A stretch of DNA of 64,000 nucleotides from Capsulimonadaceae bacterium. GTDB taxonomy: Bacteria; Armatimonadota; Armatimonadia; Armatimonadales; Capsulimonadaceae. The notes beneath the pieces are model-generated. The model saw only the letters and a list, made by a program, of their open reading frames with translations. It was not told where the DNA came from and searched no databases. The stretch lies in contig OZ244065.1 in assembly GCA_965215505.1 (NCBI GenBank), positions 928,001-992,000 of the forward strand, written 5' to 3'. Below, piece after piece: positions 9,840 through 20,810 of this stretch (positions within the stretch are counted from its first letter, which is position 1; every line of letters starts with the position of its first letter). Made by a program: the position numbers and the translations under genes.

Positions 9840-10706
9840 CTAACCTTCCGCTTCCAGCCAGGCCCGCCACGTTCGCGCGGCGACGAACCCCAGATGCTCG
9901 CGGGGGGGCGTCAGGTCATAAAAGGTATTCCCCGTCAGCCTTTCCAAGTCCCCCACCAAGTCCGGCAGGTGTCGCTCCGTCAGATCGCGCACCGTCGCGT
10001 TGACCCGCAGATCATCGGCCATCGTGTAGAAGACGTGGTGGCCGGTCAGTTCCGACTCCAGGGCGAGGCGGAAAGCGATAGCTTGGTCATGGACATCAAT
10101 GTAACCCCAGAGGGAGGACTCGCGCTCCTCACCCTTGTTATCTAATGTGCGCCGCAGCCAGCCATGTGTTTTCGCCCGTTCCAGGTCCCAGACGGCGGGG
10201 GGGCGCAGGACGATTGTCGTCATCCCGGTCAGCCGCGTCATCGCCGCCGCGCTCTCCTCATTCATCAGCTTGGACAGGCCGTAACTGTCCTGCGGGCGGC
10301 GCGGGTGGGCGGCGTCTATCGGCAGATAATCCGGCAGGCAGGGGTGCTTGGGGAAAGAGAAGCCCAGGGCACCGACGCTTGAGGTCAGGACGACGCGCGG
10401 GATGTCATGGGCGGCCGCCGCTTCCAGGATGTTCTGCGTCCCGATGACGTTCAGCCTCAGCACTTCATCGGGCGGCAGGGACGGGCCGGGGATCGCCCCG
10501 ATGTGAGCTACCGCATCACACCCACACGCCGCATTCAGCATCGCCAGCGCGTCGGTCAGGTCGGCATAGATGGCTTCCGATGCGTGGCGCACCTCGGCGG
10601 GCATCGGGCGGCGATCCAGCGCCTTCACCGCGTGCCCGTATTTAGCCAATTCCAGGACGGTCTTCGAGCCGATCTTGCCCGCCGCCCCCGTTACGAGTAT
10701 TCGCAA
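9840..10706 (-). CDS. NAD-dependent epimerase/dehydratase (extended SDR)
   Basis: ILVTGAAGKIG Rossmann motif, TSS, YGLSK. Confidence 0.9.
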   Translation of the reverse strand: MRILVTGAAGKIGSKTVLELAKYGHAVKALDRRPMPAEVRHASEAIYADLTDALAMLNAACGCDAVAHIGAIPGPSLPPDEVLRLNVIGTQNILEAAAAHDIPRVVLTSSVGALGFSFPKHPCLPDYLPIDAAHPRRPQDSYGLSKLMNEESAAAMTRLTGMTTIVLRPPAVWDLERAKTHGWLRRTLDNKGEERESSLWGYIDVHDQAIAFRLALESELTGHHVFYTMADDLRVNATVRDLTERHLPDLVGDLERLTGNTFYDLTPPREHLGFVAARTWRAWLEAEG

Positions 10707-10737
10707 TGCCTTGACTTCTTTCTAGTGTCCAAATCGC

Positions 10738-11922
10738 TCAGGCGAACAGCATCCGGATGAGCCGCGTCCCGTCTTCCACGAATGTCGTCGCCTCCTCCAC
10801 CGCCCGCTCGTCGAACGGGAAGTGGGAGGCCGTGTGCGCCTTGGCCGAGTCGTACAGCAGGAACGGCACCGGCCCGGCCTCGTGAGTCCGCAGGGAGATC
10901 GGCGTCTTGTGGTCCGGCACGATCACCAGCCGGTAGTTGTCTCGCCCCGCCATCCCCTCGCGCAGAGTCCCCAGCAGTTTCCGGTCGGTGTCCTCGATGG
11001 CCTGCATCTTGTGGTCCAGGTTGCCCTCGTGCCCCGACTCGTCCGGCGACTCGACGTGGATGTAGATAAAGTCCAGCGTGTCCAGGGCCGTCAGGGCGTA
11101 GTTCGCCTTCGCCACATAGTCCGTGTCGATGTAGCCCGTCGCGCCGGGCACGTCGATGACCCGCAGGCCCGTGGCCCGGCCCAGGCCGCGCACCACATCT
11201 ACGGCCGTGATGACGCCACCGACCTTGCCGTGAGTCTGGAGGAAGTTCGGCAGGCTCGGCGCGTACCCCTGGCCCCAGAGCCAGATCATGTTGCCGGGAG
11301 GCTTACCCTCCTCGCGCCGCTTGACGTTGATCGGGTGACCATCCAGCAGTTCCAAAGAGTCGTACATGAGCTGACGCAGCCGCTCCGCCCCCGTGCCCTC
11401 CGGCCAGTACCCTGCCAGGGGTTTGCCCACGAAGTCGTGCGGCGGGATCGTCAGCAGGTCTATGGAGCCGCCCTGCTCGGCCATGATGTGCCGGTACTGG
11501 ACGCCGGGGAAGAACCGCCGCTTGCTGCCGCCCAGCTTCTTGTCGATCAGCTCGATCAGGGGCCGCGCCTCCTCGGTCGTGATGTGCCCCGCCGAGTTGT
11601 CCAGCATACTGGTCCCGTCGGACGTGACCAGGGAGCAGCGGTAGGCCACGTCCCCGGCGTCCATGGGCACGCCCATCGCAACGGCCTCGATCGGGCCGCG
11701 CCCGGTGTAATACTTGCGCGGGTCGTACCCCAACAAATCCATGTTCGCCACGTCGCTGCCGGGGTACATCCCGTCCGGCACGGTCAGGACGCTGCCGACC
11801 AGCGACCTTTCCGCCAGCGCGTCGAAGTTCGGCGTCTTAGCGGCCTGCATGGGCGTCTGCCCGTCGAGTTCAGCCATCGGCAGGTCCGCCATGCCGTCGG
11901 GAATCAGCATGATGTATTTCAT
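10738..11922 (-). CDS. apgM: Cofactor-independent phosphoglycerate mutase, ApgM type (AlkP superfamily)
   Basis: IPDGMAD, PGSDVAN (catalytic Ser), YTGRGPIEA, PDESGHEG, PDHKTP. Confidence 0.88.
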   Translation of the reverse strand: MKYIMLIPDGMADLPMAELDGQTPMQAAKTPNFDALAERSLVGSVLTVPDGMYPGSDVANMDLLGYDPRKYYTGRGPIEAVAMGVPMDAGDVAYRCSLVTSDGTSMLDNSAGHITTEEARPLIELIDKKLGGSKRRFFPGVQYRHIMAEQGGSIDLLTIPPHDFVGKPLAGYWPEGTGAERLRQLMYDSLELLDGHPINVKRREEGKPPGNMIWLWGQGYAPSLPNFLQTHGKVGGVITAVDVVRGLGRATGLRVIDVPGATGYIDTDYVAKANYALTALDTLDFIYIHVESPDESGHEGNLDHKMQAIEDTDRKLLGTLREGMAGRDNYRLVIVPDHKTPISLRTHEAGPVPFLLYDSAKAHTASHFPFDERAVEEATTFVEDGTRLIRMLFA

Positions 11923-11937
11923 AGGGCCAAAACCATC

Positions 11938-12498
11938 CTATTCAATCTCCGGCACTCGCGGAGCCGGGGGCCAAACGCCTTCCACTTGCTCATAAAATGG
12001 TTCTACGACGGTGACCTTCCGCCGCTCGGTCGCGATTCGATACCAGAGAAATCCGGTGAGCAGCCAGAGGAACGCATTAAAGCCCACCAAGAAGACTTTG
12101 AAGCCGAACGGCGCTGACATGAGGGGGAACGTGTATATCGTTCCCGCGCTCATAATCAGCACCATGAGCGTCATCAACGAAGTCACCACAATCGAGGCGG
12201 CGGGATGTACACGAATTAGTTGGGAGGAGACTTGTGGCTGAACGGTCACTATAACGCCAGATTTGACCAGCCGATATTGCTTCCAGGACATGGGCAGCGA
12301 TACTGCCGAAACCACAGCCCCAACACAAAGAAAAGTTGGCGGGGTACAGCCCCCATGAAAGAGCAGGTATATTCCAGAACCAGACAAAAGCAAGACAGAG
12401 CAGGCCCGACGGATGAGCGCACCCTTCGCCCGACGGAGTGTAAGCCGTTCACCTTGTGGTTGAGGCGAGGCTTCTACTCTGCTCTCCTCGCTCATCAC
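11938..12498 (-). CDS. Hypothetical membrane protein (about 4 TM)
   Basis: Hydrophobic segments. Start overlaps the purC stop. Codon usage looks more AT-rich than neighbours. Confidence 0.6.
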   Translation of the reverse strand: MMSEESRVEASPQPQGERLTLRRAKGALIRRACSVLLLSGSGIYLLFHGGCTPPTFLCVGAVVSAVSLPMSWKQYRLVKSGVIVTVQPQVSSQLIRVHPAASIVVTSLMTLMVLIMSAGTIYTFPLMSAPFGFKVFLVGFNAFLWLLTGFLWYRIATERRKVTVVEPFYEQVEGVWPPAPRVPEIE

Positions 12499-13427
12499 GG
12501 CAACTCCTCACCCGTGAGCCGCTGGTATGCCTCCCGGTACTTCGCCGCCGTCTTCTCCACGATCTCGGCGGGCAGTTCGGGGCCGGGGGCCGTCTTGTCC
12601 CAATCCAGCGTCTCCAGGTAGTCGCGGACGAACTGCTTGTCGAAGGAGGCTTGGGACTTGCCGGGCTTGTACTTTGACGCCTCCCAGAAGCGAGAAGAGT
12701 CCGGCGTCAGGGCCTCGTCTATTAAAATAAGCTTGCCGTCAAGGTGCCCGAACTCGAACTTGGTATCGGCGATAATCAGGTCGCGCTCGGCGGCATAGGC
12801 GCGGGCGAAAGCGTAGAGGGCAAGGCTCTCGTCGGCGAGTTCCTGTGTCGTCTCCGCGCCGACCGCCTCGGCGGCCTGGGCGGCGGAGATGTTCATGTCG
12901 TGGCCCGACGCGGCTTTGGTGGCGGGCGTGAACAGCGGGGCGGGCAACTGCTCGCCCTGCCGCAGACCGATGGGAACGGGGATGTCGTAGAGCCGGACCT
13001 CGCCGCCGTGGCCGAACAAGGTCTGATAGTCCTTCCAGGCGGAGCCGTCGAGGTAGCCGCGCACCACGCATTCCAGCGGCAGGGCGGCGCACTTGCGGAC
13101 GAGTTGGGAGCGGCCTTCGAGCATTGAAACCAGGTCGGCGGTCACGTTCACGCCGGCGTCATGCAGGCGGGCACCGATAGAGTCCATGTCGGAGGTGAGG
13201 AAGTGATTGGGGACGATGTGCGCCGTCTTCTCGAACCAGAACTGAGACAGGGCAGTCAGGACGCGGCCCTTGTCCGGGATGCCCGTCGGCAGGATGACGT
13301 CAAAGGCGGAGATTCGGTCGGTGGCGACGATCAGCAGCGAGTCGCCGAGGTCGTACACGTCGCGCACCTTGCCGGTGATGAACTTCGGCAGTCCGGGAAT
13401 CTCGGTCTGGAGGATGGGCTGGTTCAT
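12495..13427 (-). CDS. purC: SAICAR synthase
   Basis: GKVRDVY, TDRISAFD, ECVVRGY, IADTKFEFG, IDEALTPDSSRFW, SFDKQFVRD. Confidence 0.97.
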   Translation of the reverse strand: MNQPILQTEIPGLPKFITGKVRDVYDLGDSLLIVATDRISAFDVILPTGIPDKGRVLTALSQFWFEKTAHIVPNHFLTSDMDSIGARLHDAGVNVTADLVSMLEGRSQLVRKCAALPLECVVRGYLDGSAWKDYQTLFGHGGEVRLYDIPVPIGLRQGEQLPAPLFTPATKAASGHDMNISAAQAAEAVGAETTQELADESLALYAFARAYAAERDLIIADTKFEFGHLDGKLILIDEALTPDSSRFWEASKYKPGKSQASFDKQFVRDYLETLDWDKTAPGPELPAEIVEKTAAKYREAYQRLTGEELP

Positions 13428-13435
13428 GGATGATC

Positions 13436-13911
13436 CTACGGGATGACTTTCCCTAAGATTTGATGGAGGCTGATCGGCCCGATGTGCCGGCTGTCATCGG
13501 ACTCGGGCAGGTTGTCGCCCAGGACATAGATCGTGCGCTCGGGCGACGGCACCGGGACCCGGCCGGACGCGATGCCCTCAAAATACGGGCCGAACAGCAG
13601 AGAAAACGGCACCCGCCGGTGGCCGTTGATGGTGACCCAGTCCCCCGCAGGCGGGGCGGGGTGCCAGACCGGGCGGATGAAGGCGATGCGCTTGATCAGC
13701 TCGTCCCCGTTCGTGTCCCGGAAGATAATGACGTCCCCCGGTCCCAGCTTTGACCGGGGCGCGCTCGTCCAGACCAGGACCGTCTCGCCGTTCTCATAGG
13801 TCGGCGACATGGACGGACCCGTGATGCGCCCCTGCCGCAGATTGAAGCGCAGCAGCAGGGCCAATGCGAGCAGGACGCCGATGGCGAACCAGGTCTGTTT
13901 CCGCAGGCGCG

Positions 13912-13915
<4 letters not shown>
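13436..13915 (-). CDS. Signal peptidase I family (S26) protein
   Basis: GPSMSPT (Ser), LIKRI (Lys), GDNLPESDDSR. N-terminal TM helix. Confidence 0.85.
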
Positions 13916-14973
<1,058 letters not shown>

Positions 14974-14994
14974 AGGTACTTCCAAAGGGTAGGA

Positions 14995-15177
14995 CCCCCA
15001 CCCGGCTCGTTCCTCGCCACCCTGCCCTTGACCCCGCTGCGGAGGCTCTGCGACCAGGGGCCGCAAGCGGGAGAGGGTTCAGAAAGCCGATAGGCGCAAC
15101 GGGTGCCTTCTCCCTGATTCCTCACCCCTCTCCCGCTTGCGGGGGCAGGGGTCGGCGTCCGCGCCGGGGGTGGGGGT
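14995..15177. repeat. Palindromic doublet, family B (CCCTCTCCC...GGGAGAGGG type)
   Basis: 15118-15176 is the exact reverse complement of 38139-38197. Degenerate left arm at 14995-15078. Confidence 0.8.
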
Positions 15178-15186
15178 TCCTCTCCC

Positions 15187-15792
15187 CTACCCCCACGTCT
15201 TCGGCAGGTGCAGGGTCTCGCCGTTGAGCGAGATGTAGTCTTCCGGCCCGACGCTCGCCAGCAGGTCGGCGGCCAGCGGGTCGAAGCCGCCGCCCTCGGT
15301 GACGAATTCGTCGCGCAGGGTGACGCCGACGATCTGGGCGGCCACGAACTCGCATTTGCTGGGCGGCAGCGGCATGATGCCCGAGACGCGGCATTCGATA
15401 CTGGCCGGGCTTTCGCCGATTCGCATGCAGTCCACGGTCCCGGCGGGCAGAGCCGTCAGCCCCAGCCGCGCGAAGTCATCTTCCTTATCGGTCCCCTCGG
15501 CGGATTTGTTCATAATGTCCGCCAGGAACCGGGGGACGAGGTTGATGACGAACACCTGCGTCGCCTTGATGTTGGCGAGTGTATGCTTGTCTCCCCCGTC
15601 CCGCTGGCTGAACGACAGCCCCAGCATGGGAGGGTAGCTCGCCAGCCCGGCGTAGGAGTTGTACGGCGCGATGTTCGGCACGCCCTGCGTGTCAACTGTG
15701 GAGATGAGGGCGATGGGCCGCGGGGCGATGAGCGTAGCCCAAATCTTCCCGTTCAGTTCGCGCGGGATGTCTTCGGCGATGTAGTGCATCAA
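15187..15792 (-). CDS. Flavin reductase family protein
   Basis: APRPIALISTVD, NIAPYNSY, KHTLANIKATQVFVIN, ESPASIEC. Confidence 0.88.
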   Translation of the reverse strand: MMHYIAEDIPRELNGKIWATLIAPRPIALISTVDTQGVPNIAPYNSYAGLASYPPMLGLSFSQRDGGDKHTLANIKATQVFVINLVPRFLADIMNKSAEGTDKEDDFARLGLTALPAGTVDCMRIGESPASIECRVSGIMPLPPSKCEFVAAQIVGVTLRDEFVTEGGGFDPLAADLLASVGPEDYISLNGETLHLPKTWG

Positions 15793-15813
15793 GTCCTGCT
15801 TCTAATCGTTGCG

Positions 15814-16071
15814 TCAGAGTTCATAGGTTCGCGAGGTCTTCCACTCAGAGGGGTTCGGGGGTGAGTCATCGAACTCAATAGTCACCGACTCATCGGGCTT
15901 GTTCTTGACAAGCTTGACGGGCCTGCCGGCCTTATCATAGACCCCGAACACTTCCGTCTGTCCGTCACTGTATAACAGATCAAAGGCATCTTCAGCATCC
16001 TGCAAGCACTCCAAAGTCATCGCGGTACTTCTGTTAAGAGGGATGTGACAAGGGAATTCCGGTTGCATCAC
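15814..16071 (-). CDS. Small hypothetical protein
   Basis: Start overlaps the hom stop (GTGA). AT-richer codons. No family recognised. Confidence 0.5.
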   Translation of the reverse strand: MMQPEFPCHIPLNRSTAMTLECLQDAEDAFDLLYSDGQTEVFGVYDKAGRPVKLVKNKPDESVTIEFDDSPPNPSEWKTSRTYEL

Positions 16072-17360
16072 TCCTCCACCCGTATCCAGTTCTCGATGGC
16101 GGAGACGATGTGCAGGCGGCGGATGACGTCCAGGGACGAGCGCAGGTTGGCCTCTAAGGTCTGGTGCGTGATCCAGACGATCTCGGCGTCGCCGCCGGGC
16201 AGGGCGCGCTGGACGACGCTCTCGATGCTGACGTTGAAGTCGCCGAAGACGGAGGCCAGGCTTGCCAGGACTTTTGGGCGGTCGTGGGCGATCAGGCGGA
16301 TGTAGTACTTGGTCCGTAGGCGCTCGATCGGCAGGGTGGGCTTCTGGTCGTAGCAGGTGCAGCCGATCCGGCCCGTCGCATTCCGGCGGATGTTGCGGGC
16401 GATCTCGACGATGTCGCCGACGACCGCGCTGCCCGTCGGCAGGGCGCCCGCGCCGCGCCCGTAGAACATGACGTCGCCGACGGCGTTGCCGCGCAGGTAG
16501 ATGGCGTTGTTGACGTCGCTCACCGAGGCCAGAGGGTGGGCATGGGGCAGCAGGACGGGGTGGACACGCACTTGCAGGGCGTCCCCAAGATCCTGGCCGA
16601 TGCCGACGATCTTGATGACGTAGCCCAAATCACGGGCGACCTCGATGTCGCGCTTGCTGATCTTCGTGATGCCTTCCACATAGATCTGCTCAGGAAGGAC
16701 GCGCGACGTGAAGGCGATGGATGAGAGGATGGCGGTCTTGTACTGGGCGTCGTAGCCCTCGACATCGTTGGTCGGGTCGGCCTCGGCGTAGCCGTGCGCC
16801 TGGGCTTCGGCCAGCACGTCGGCGAAGTCGGCGTCTTCGGCGGTCATCTTGGACAGGATATAGTTGGTCGTGCCGTTGACGATGCCCATGACCTGTGAGA
16901 ACTGGTTGCCGGCCAAGGCCTGTTTGAGCGGCTGGATGATGGGGATGCCGCCGCCCACGCTGCCCTCGAAGTTGAAGTCGAGGTCTCGGCTTTCAGCCTC
17001 GTGCAGCAGGTCGTGGCCGGCCTTCGCCATCATCTCCTTGTTTGCGGTGACGATGTTTTTGCCGCTGCGGATCGCCCGCAGGACGAGGTCATGGGCAGGC
17101 ATGACGCCGCCGATCAGCTCGCAGACGATGTCTATCTCGGGGTCGTCGGTGACATCCTCAGCCCGGCTGGTCAGCAGGCTCGGGTCCACGACCACATCCC
17201 GCGCCTTGCCGACGTCACGGACGGCGATCTTCCTGATCACGATGGGCAGGCCGACCTTGCGGGCGATGGTGTCGGCGTTCTCGGTCAGGACGCGGACGGT
17301 GCCTCCGCCGACGACGCCCAGGCCGAGGATGCCGATGTTGATCTGCTTTCTATCGGTCAT
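16068..17360 (-). CDS. hom: Homoserine dehydrogenase with C-terminal ACT domain
   Basis: GLGVVGGG, VTANK, EGSVGGGIP, NGTTNYIL, GYAEADPT, GRGAG, DRPKVLA (ACT). Confidence 0.96.
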   Translation of the reverse strand: MTDRKQINIGILGLGVVGGGTVRVLTENADTIARKVGLPIVIRKIAVRDVGKARDVVVDPSLLTSRAEDVTDDPEIDIVCELIGGVMPAHDLVLRAIRSGKNIVTANKEMMAKAGHDLLHEAESRDLDFNFEGSVGGGIPIIQPLKQALAGNQFSQVMGIVNGTTNYILSKMTAEDADFADVLAEAQAHGYAEADPTNDVEGYDAQYKTAILSSIAFTSRVLPEQIYVEGITKISKRDIEVARDLGYVIKIVGIGQDLGDALQVRVHPVLLPHAHPLASVSDVNNAIYLRGNAVGDVMFYGRGAGALPTGSAVVGDIVEIARNIRRNATGRIGCTCYDQKPTLPIERLRTKYYIRLIAHDRPKVLASLASVFGDFNVSIESVVQRALPGGDAEIVWITHQTLEANLRSSLDVIRRLHIVSAIENWIRVEE

Positions 17361-17884
17361 TGCGGCTCCACGAAGATCAAAGGCTGGCCCTGCTGGACCA
17401 GCTTGCCGCTCTCGACGGGGGTTTCGGTGACACGACCCGACACTTCGGATGGCACCTCGCTGTAGACCTTCATCGCCTCGATCAGCCCGATGGGCTGGCC
17501 GACGCGGACGAAGTCGCCGACGCTGACGAACGGCGGGTCTTCGGGCGAGGGCGAGCGATAGAAGACGCCGACCATCGGCGACTCGAGGGCCACCGCCGTC
17601 GCCGCGCGGGCGGGCGGGGCGGCGGGCGCGATGACGGCGGTTTCCGAGTAGGCGGGCGTCTGGGCTGGCGATAGAACATGGGGGTGCGCCTGCACCGCCG
17701 TCACGACCTGCGGGGCGAGCGGGGCGGCCTCAAACGCCGCTTTGACCGTCAGGGTCAAGTCCCCCTCGGCCACGGTCAGCTCGGACAGCCCGTTTTCGGC
17801 CACGAGTCGCGCCAAGTGCCGCAGCGCCTCGGCCGTGTCCACTTCTGAACTTCCCATCTCTTGAATGTCGGTTTCCTGGGTCAC
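17357..17884 (-). CDS. accB: Acetyl-CoA carboxylase biotin carboxyl carrier protein
   Basis: SPMVGVFYRSPSP, IEAMKV (biotinyl Lys), Ala/Pro-rich linker. SD AGGAG. Confidence 0.92.
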   Translation of the reverse strand: MTQETDIQEMGSSEVDTAEALRHLARLVAENGLSELTVAEGDLTLTVKAAFEAAPLAPQVVTAVQAHPHVLSPAQTPAYSETAVIAPAAPPARAATAVALESPMVGVFYRSPSPEDPPFVSVGDFVRVGQPIGLIEAMKVYSEVPSEVSGRVTETPVESGKLVQQGQPLIFVEPQ

Positions 17885-17900
17885 ACGAAGCTCCTATGCC

Positions 17901-17909
17901 ATTGTAGCA
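17901..17909 (-). promoter_or_regulatory. Extended -10 (TGCTACAAT) for the accB-hom-thrC run
   Basis: TGnTACAAT lies just upstream of the accB SD, with TTGACT 19 nt further upstream. Confidence 0.5.
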
Positions 17910-17972
17910 CTTTGGGAGGGGGGGAAGTCAACCGGCAGGAATCCGGCGGCCCCGCGCCGAACAACAAAGACC

Positions 17973-19040
17973 ATGAGCCTTGAAGACCTGAGACAGAAGA
18001 TAGACGCCGTGGACGCCCAGCTCGTCACCCTGCTCAACGAGCGCGCCGCCATCTCGCTGCAAGTGGGCGAGCAGAAGGTGGCGGACAAGAGCGCGCGCTA
18101 CTTCGCGCCCGAGCGGGAGCGGGACCAGTTCCTGCGCCTGGCCGCGCTGCACGGCGGGGGCGCGCTGCCCAAGGAGGCCTTGTTCGCGATCTTCCGGGAG
18201 ATCATCTCGGCCTCCATCGCCCTCCAGAAGCCCATGACGGTCGCCTTCTGGGGACCGCAGGGGACATTCACCGAGATGGCGGCCTTGCAGCGGTTCGGAT
18301 CGTCCGCGCTCTACCACGACTGCCGCTCCATCCCCGAGGTCTTCGGCGAGGTGGAGCGGGACCGGGCCGACTACGGCGTCGTGCCGGTCGAGAACTCCAC
18401 CGACGGCGTCGTGACCTACACCCTGGACATGTTCCACGAAACGACCCTGAAGGTCTGTGCCGAGATCTTCGTCGGCATCGTCCAGAACCTCCTCACCCAT
18501 GCTAAGTCTCTGGACCAGATCCAAAGGCTCTATTCCGCCCCCATCGTCATTGCCCAGTGCCGCCGCTGGCTGGACACCCACCTGCCCCATGTCGAGACGA
18601 TCGAGGTCCAGCCGACCTCCAAGGCCGCCGAGCGCGCCGCCGCCGACCCGCAGGGCGCGGCCATCGCCCCGCGCCGGGCCGCCGAGGTCTATGCCATCCC
18701 CATGCTGCACGAAAGCATCCAGGACAGCCCGCACAACCGGACGCGCTTCCTGGTCATCGGCCGCAACGAGCCGCCGCCGACGGGCCGGGACAAGACCAGC
18801 GCCCTGTTCGCCGTCAAGAACGAGCCGGGGTCTTTGGGCCGCGCCCTGCGGGCTTTCGAGGCGCACAACGTCAACCTGACCATGATCGCCTCGCGCCCCG
18901 CCAAGAACGCCGCCTGGGAGTACGTCCAGTTCGCAGACTTCCAGGGGCACGAGAACGATGAGCCGGTCAAGCGCGCCCTGGAAGACCTGCGGCAGCAGTC
19001 CATCTATGTCAACGTGCTGGGGTCCTATCCGGAGGGATGA
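17973..19040 (+). CDS. pheA: Chorismate mutase/prephenate dehydratase
   Basis: LRQKIDAVDAQLVTLLNERA (CM domain), GPQGTFT, VPVENSTDG, NRTRFLVIG, ACT domain. Confidence 0.95.
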   Translation: MSLEDLRQKIDAVDAQLVTLLNERAAISLQVGEQKVADKSARYFAPERERDQFLRLAALHGGGALPKEALFAIFREIISASIALQKPMTVAFWGPQGTFTEMAALQRFGSSALYHDCRSIPEVFGEVERDRADYGVVPVENSTDGVVTYTLDMFHETTLKVCAEIFVGIVQNLLTHAKSLDQIQRLYSAPIVIAQCRRWLDTHLPHVETIEVQPTSKAAERAAADPQGAAIAPRRAAEVYAIPMLHESIQDSPHNRTRFLVIGRNEPPPTGRDKTSALFAVKNEPGSLGRALRAFEAHNVNLTMIASRPAKNAAWEYVQFADFQGHENDEPVKRALEDLRQQSIYVNVLGSYPEG

Positions 19041-19454
19041 ATGGCCGAGAGTTTGCTGGCTAAGAGCGTGCTGTCCGTTCTCGAACTGAACCACGTCGCT
19101 CTGCATGTACGCGACCTTGGTGCGTCTGTCCGCTTCTACGGTGAGGTCCTGGGCCTGCCCCCTTTGGCGCGTCCTGGGTTCGACTTCGGGGGGGCGTGGT
19201 TCTCGCTCGGCGCGCAAGAGCTGCATTTGGTTGAGGAGACGCAGGATCAAAGTCAAGGGCGGGCCTCCTTCCACATCGCATTCCTCGTGGAAGACGCGGC
19301 GGCCTGCGCCGAGGCGCTGCGCGGGCGCGGCGTGACCGACATGCTCGGCCCCGCCCTGCGCCCGGACGGCGCGACCCAAATATTTTTCAGCGACCCGGAC
19401 GGCTACCTGCTGGAGATGACTTCTAAGCCTCGGGGAATCGGCGGCACACCATGA
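19041..19454 (+). CDS. VOC/glyoxalase family protein
   Basis: LNHVALHVRDL, FYGEVLGL, HIAF, DPDGYLLE. Confidence 0.88.
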   Translation: MAESLLAKSVLSVLELNHVALHVRDLGASVRFYGEVLGLPPLARPGFDFGGAWFSLGAQELHLVEETQDQSQGRASFHIAFLVEDAAACAEALRGRGVTDMLGPALRPDGATQIFFSDPDGYLLEMTSKPRGIGGTP

Positions 19455-19912
19455 ACACGGTCAGCCTTATCGAGCGCGCGATGACGGACGCCGAGTTCGC
19501 CCGGATGAACGCGGGGTTCGATGAACACACGCGGGAGCAGGGCAACCCGCTTGAAACATCCGAAAGGCACGGCTTCGTCGCCCTGGACGGGGGCAAGTTC
19601 ATCGGCTGTTCGAGCGGGCTTGTCTACAAAATGGGCGAAGGTTACAACGGCTGGTTCTACTTGACTGACCTATTCGTTGAGAAGCCCTACCGGGGGCGGG
19701 GCCTCGGGAGAACACTACTGCAAAGGCTGGAAGACAAGGTGGCGGCGCTGGGCGTCACAAACTTCTGGACGTTCACGGCGGGCTACGAGGCACCGGGGTT
19801 TTACAAGAAACAGGGCTACACGGTCCTCTTCGAGCAGGCGAGTTGGTACACCTCCGGGCACAGCCGCGTTGCCCTCAGTAAGACGACGGCTAAAACTGGA
19901 GAACCGCGGTAG
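19451..19912 (+). CDS. GNAT family N-acetyltransferase
   Basis: LFVEKPYRGRGLG, APGFYKKQGY. Confidence 0.88.
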   Translation: MNTVSLIERAMTDAEFARMNAGFDEHTREQGNPLETSERHGFVALDGGKFIGCSSGLVYKMGEGYNGWFYLTDLFVEKPYRGRGLGRTLLQRLEDKVAALGVTNFWTFTAGYEAPGFYKKQGYTVLFEQASWYTSGHSRVALSKTTAKTGEPR

Positions 19913-19921
19913 GAGGAAACG

Positions 19922-20761
19922 ATGCGTCTTGGAGGCCCCGTTTTTGGAGACACATCCACGCCCCAGGCGTGGGTCGCGGCCCTGCGCGCGGCAGGCTACT
20001 CCGCCGCGACCTGCCCCCTGGACAGCGCGGCGGACGCGGCCACGATCCGCGCCTATGCGGACGCGGCGGCTGAGGCGGACATCGTGATCGCCGAGGTCGG
20101 CGCGTGGAGCAATCCCCTGTCGCCCGATGAGGCGGAGCGCGCGGCGGCACTCGCCCGCTGCAAGAAGCAGCTCGCGCTGGCCGATGCCATTGGGGCGCGG
20201 TGCTGCGTCAACATCGCCGGGTCGCGCGGGGCGCAGTGGGACGGCCCCCACCCCGACAACTTGACCGAGGCGACGTTTGACCTGATTGTCGGGACGGTGC
20301 AGGGGATCATTGACGCCGTCAAGCCCGACCGCGCCTGCTATGCGTTGGAAACGATGCCGTGGATGTACCCCGACTCACCCGACAGCTACCTGCGGATGCT
20401 GAAGGCGGTTGACCGACCACAACTCGCCGTGCATCTGGACCCGGTCAACATGATCTCCAGCCCGGAGCGGTTCTTCCGAAACGGCGATTTCCTGCGCGAG
20501 TGCTTTGCCAAGCTCGGGCCATACATCAAGACCTGCCACGGCAAGGACATCACGCTTGGCGGGCGTCTGACGGTGCATCTGGACGAGGTACGGCCCGGCC
20601 TGGGCGGGCTGGACTACCGCACGTTCCTGATGGAACTGGACAAGCTGCCCGCTGGCACGCCGCTCCTGCTCGAACACCTGCCGTCGGAGGAAGAATACGC
20701 GCAAGCCGCGCGCCACGTTCGGTCGGTGGCGGAAGAGCTAGGAGTTTCGCTTGATCGTTGA
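19922..20761 (+). CDS. Sugar phosphate isomerase/epimerase (xylose isomerase-like TIM barrel)
   Basis: LETMP, HLDPVN, CHGKD, LLEH metal-binding pattern. Confidence 0.85.
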   Translation: MRLGGPVFGDTSTPQAWVAALRAAGYSAATCPLDSAADAATIRAYADAAAEADIVIAEVGAWSNPLSPDEAERAAALARCKKQLALADAIGARCCVNIAGSRGAQWDGPHPDNLTEATFDLIVGTVQGIIDAVKPDRACYALETMPWMYPDSPDSYLRMLKAVDRPQLAVHLDPVNMISSPERFFRNGDFLRECFAKLGPYIKTCHGKDITLGGRLTVHLDEVRPGLGGLDYRTFLMELDKLPAGTPLLLEHLPSEEEYAQAARHVRSVAEELGVSLDR

Positions 20762-20810
20762 AACAGCGGCGCACGGGAACCCGCATTCCGCCCCGCGCGT
20801 TTGAGACGGT

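Noticed and set aside
14974-14984. Shared GGAAGTACC just upstream of the thrC and trpB starts
   Set aside because: It is only 9 bp at the SD position with different spacing, so it is compatible with chance or RBS function.
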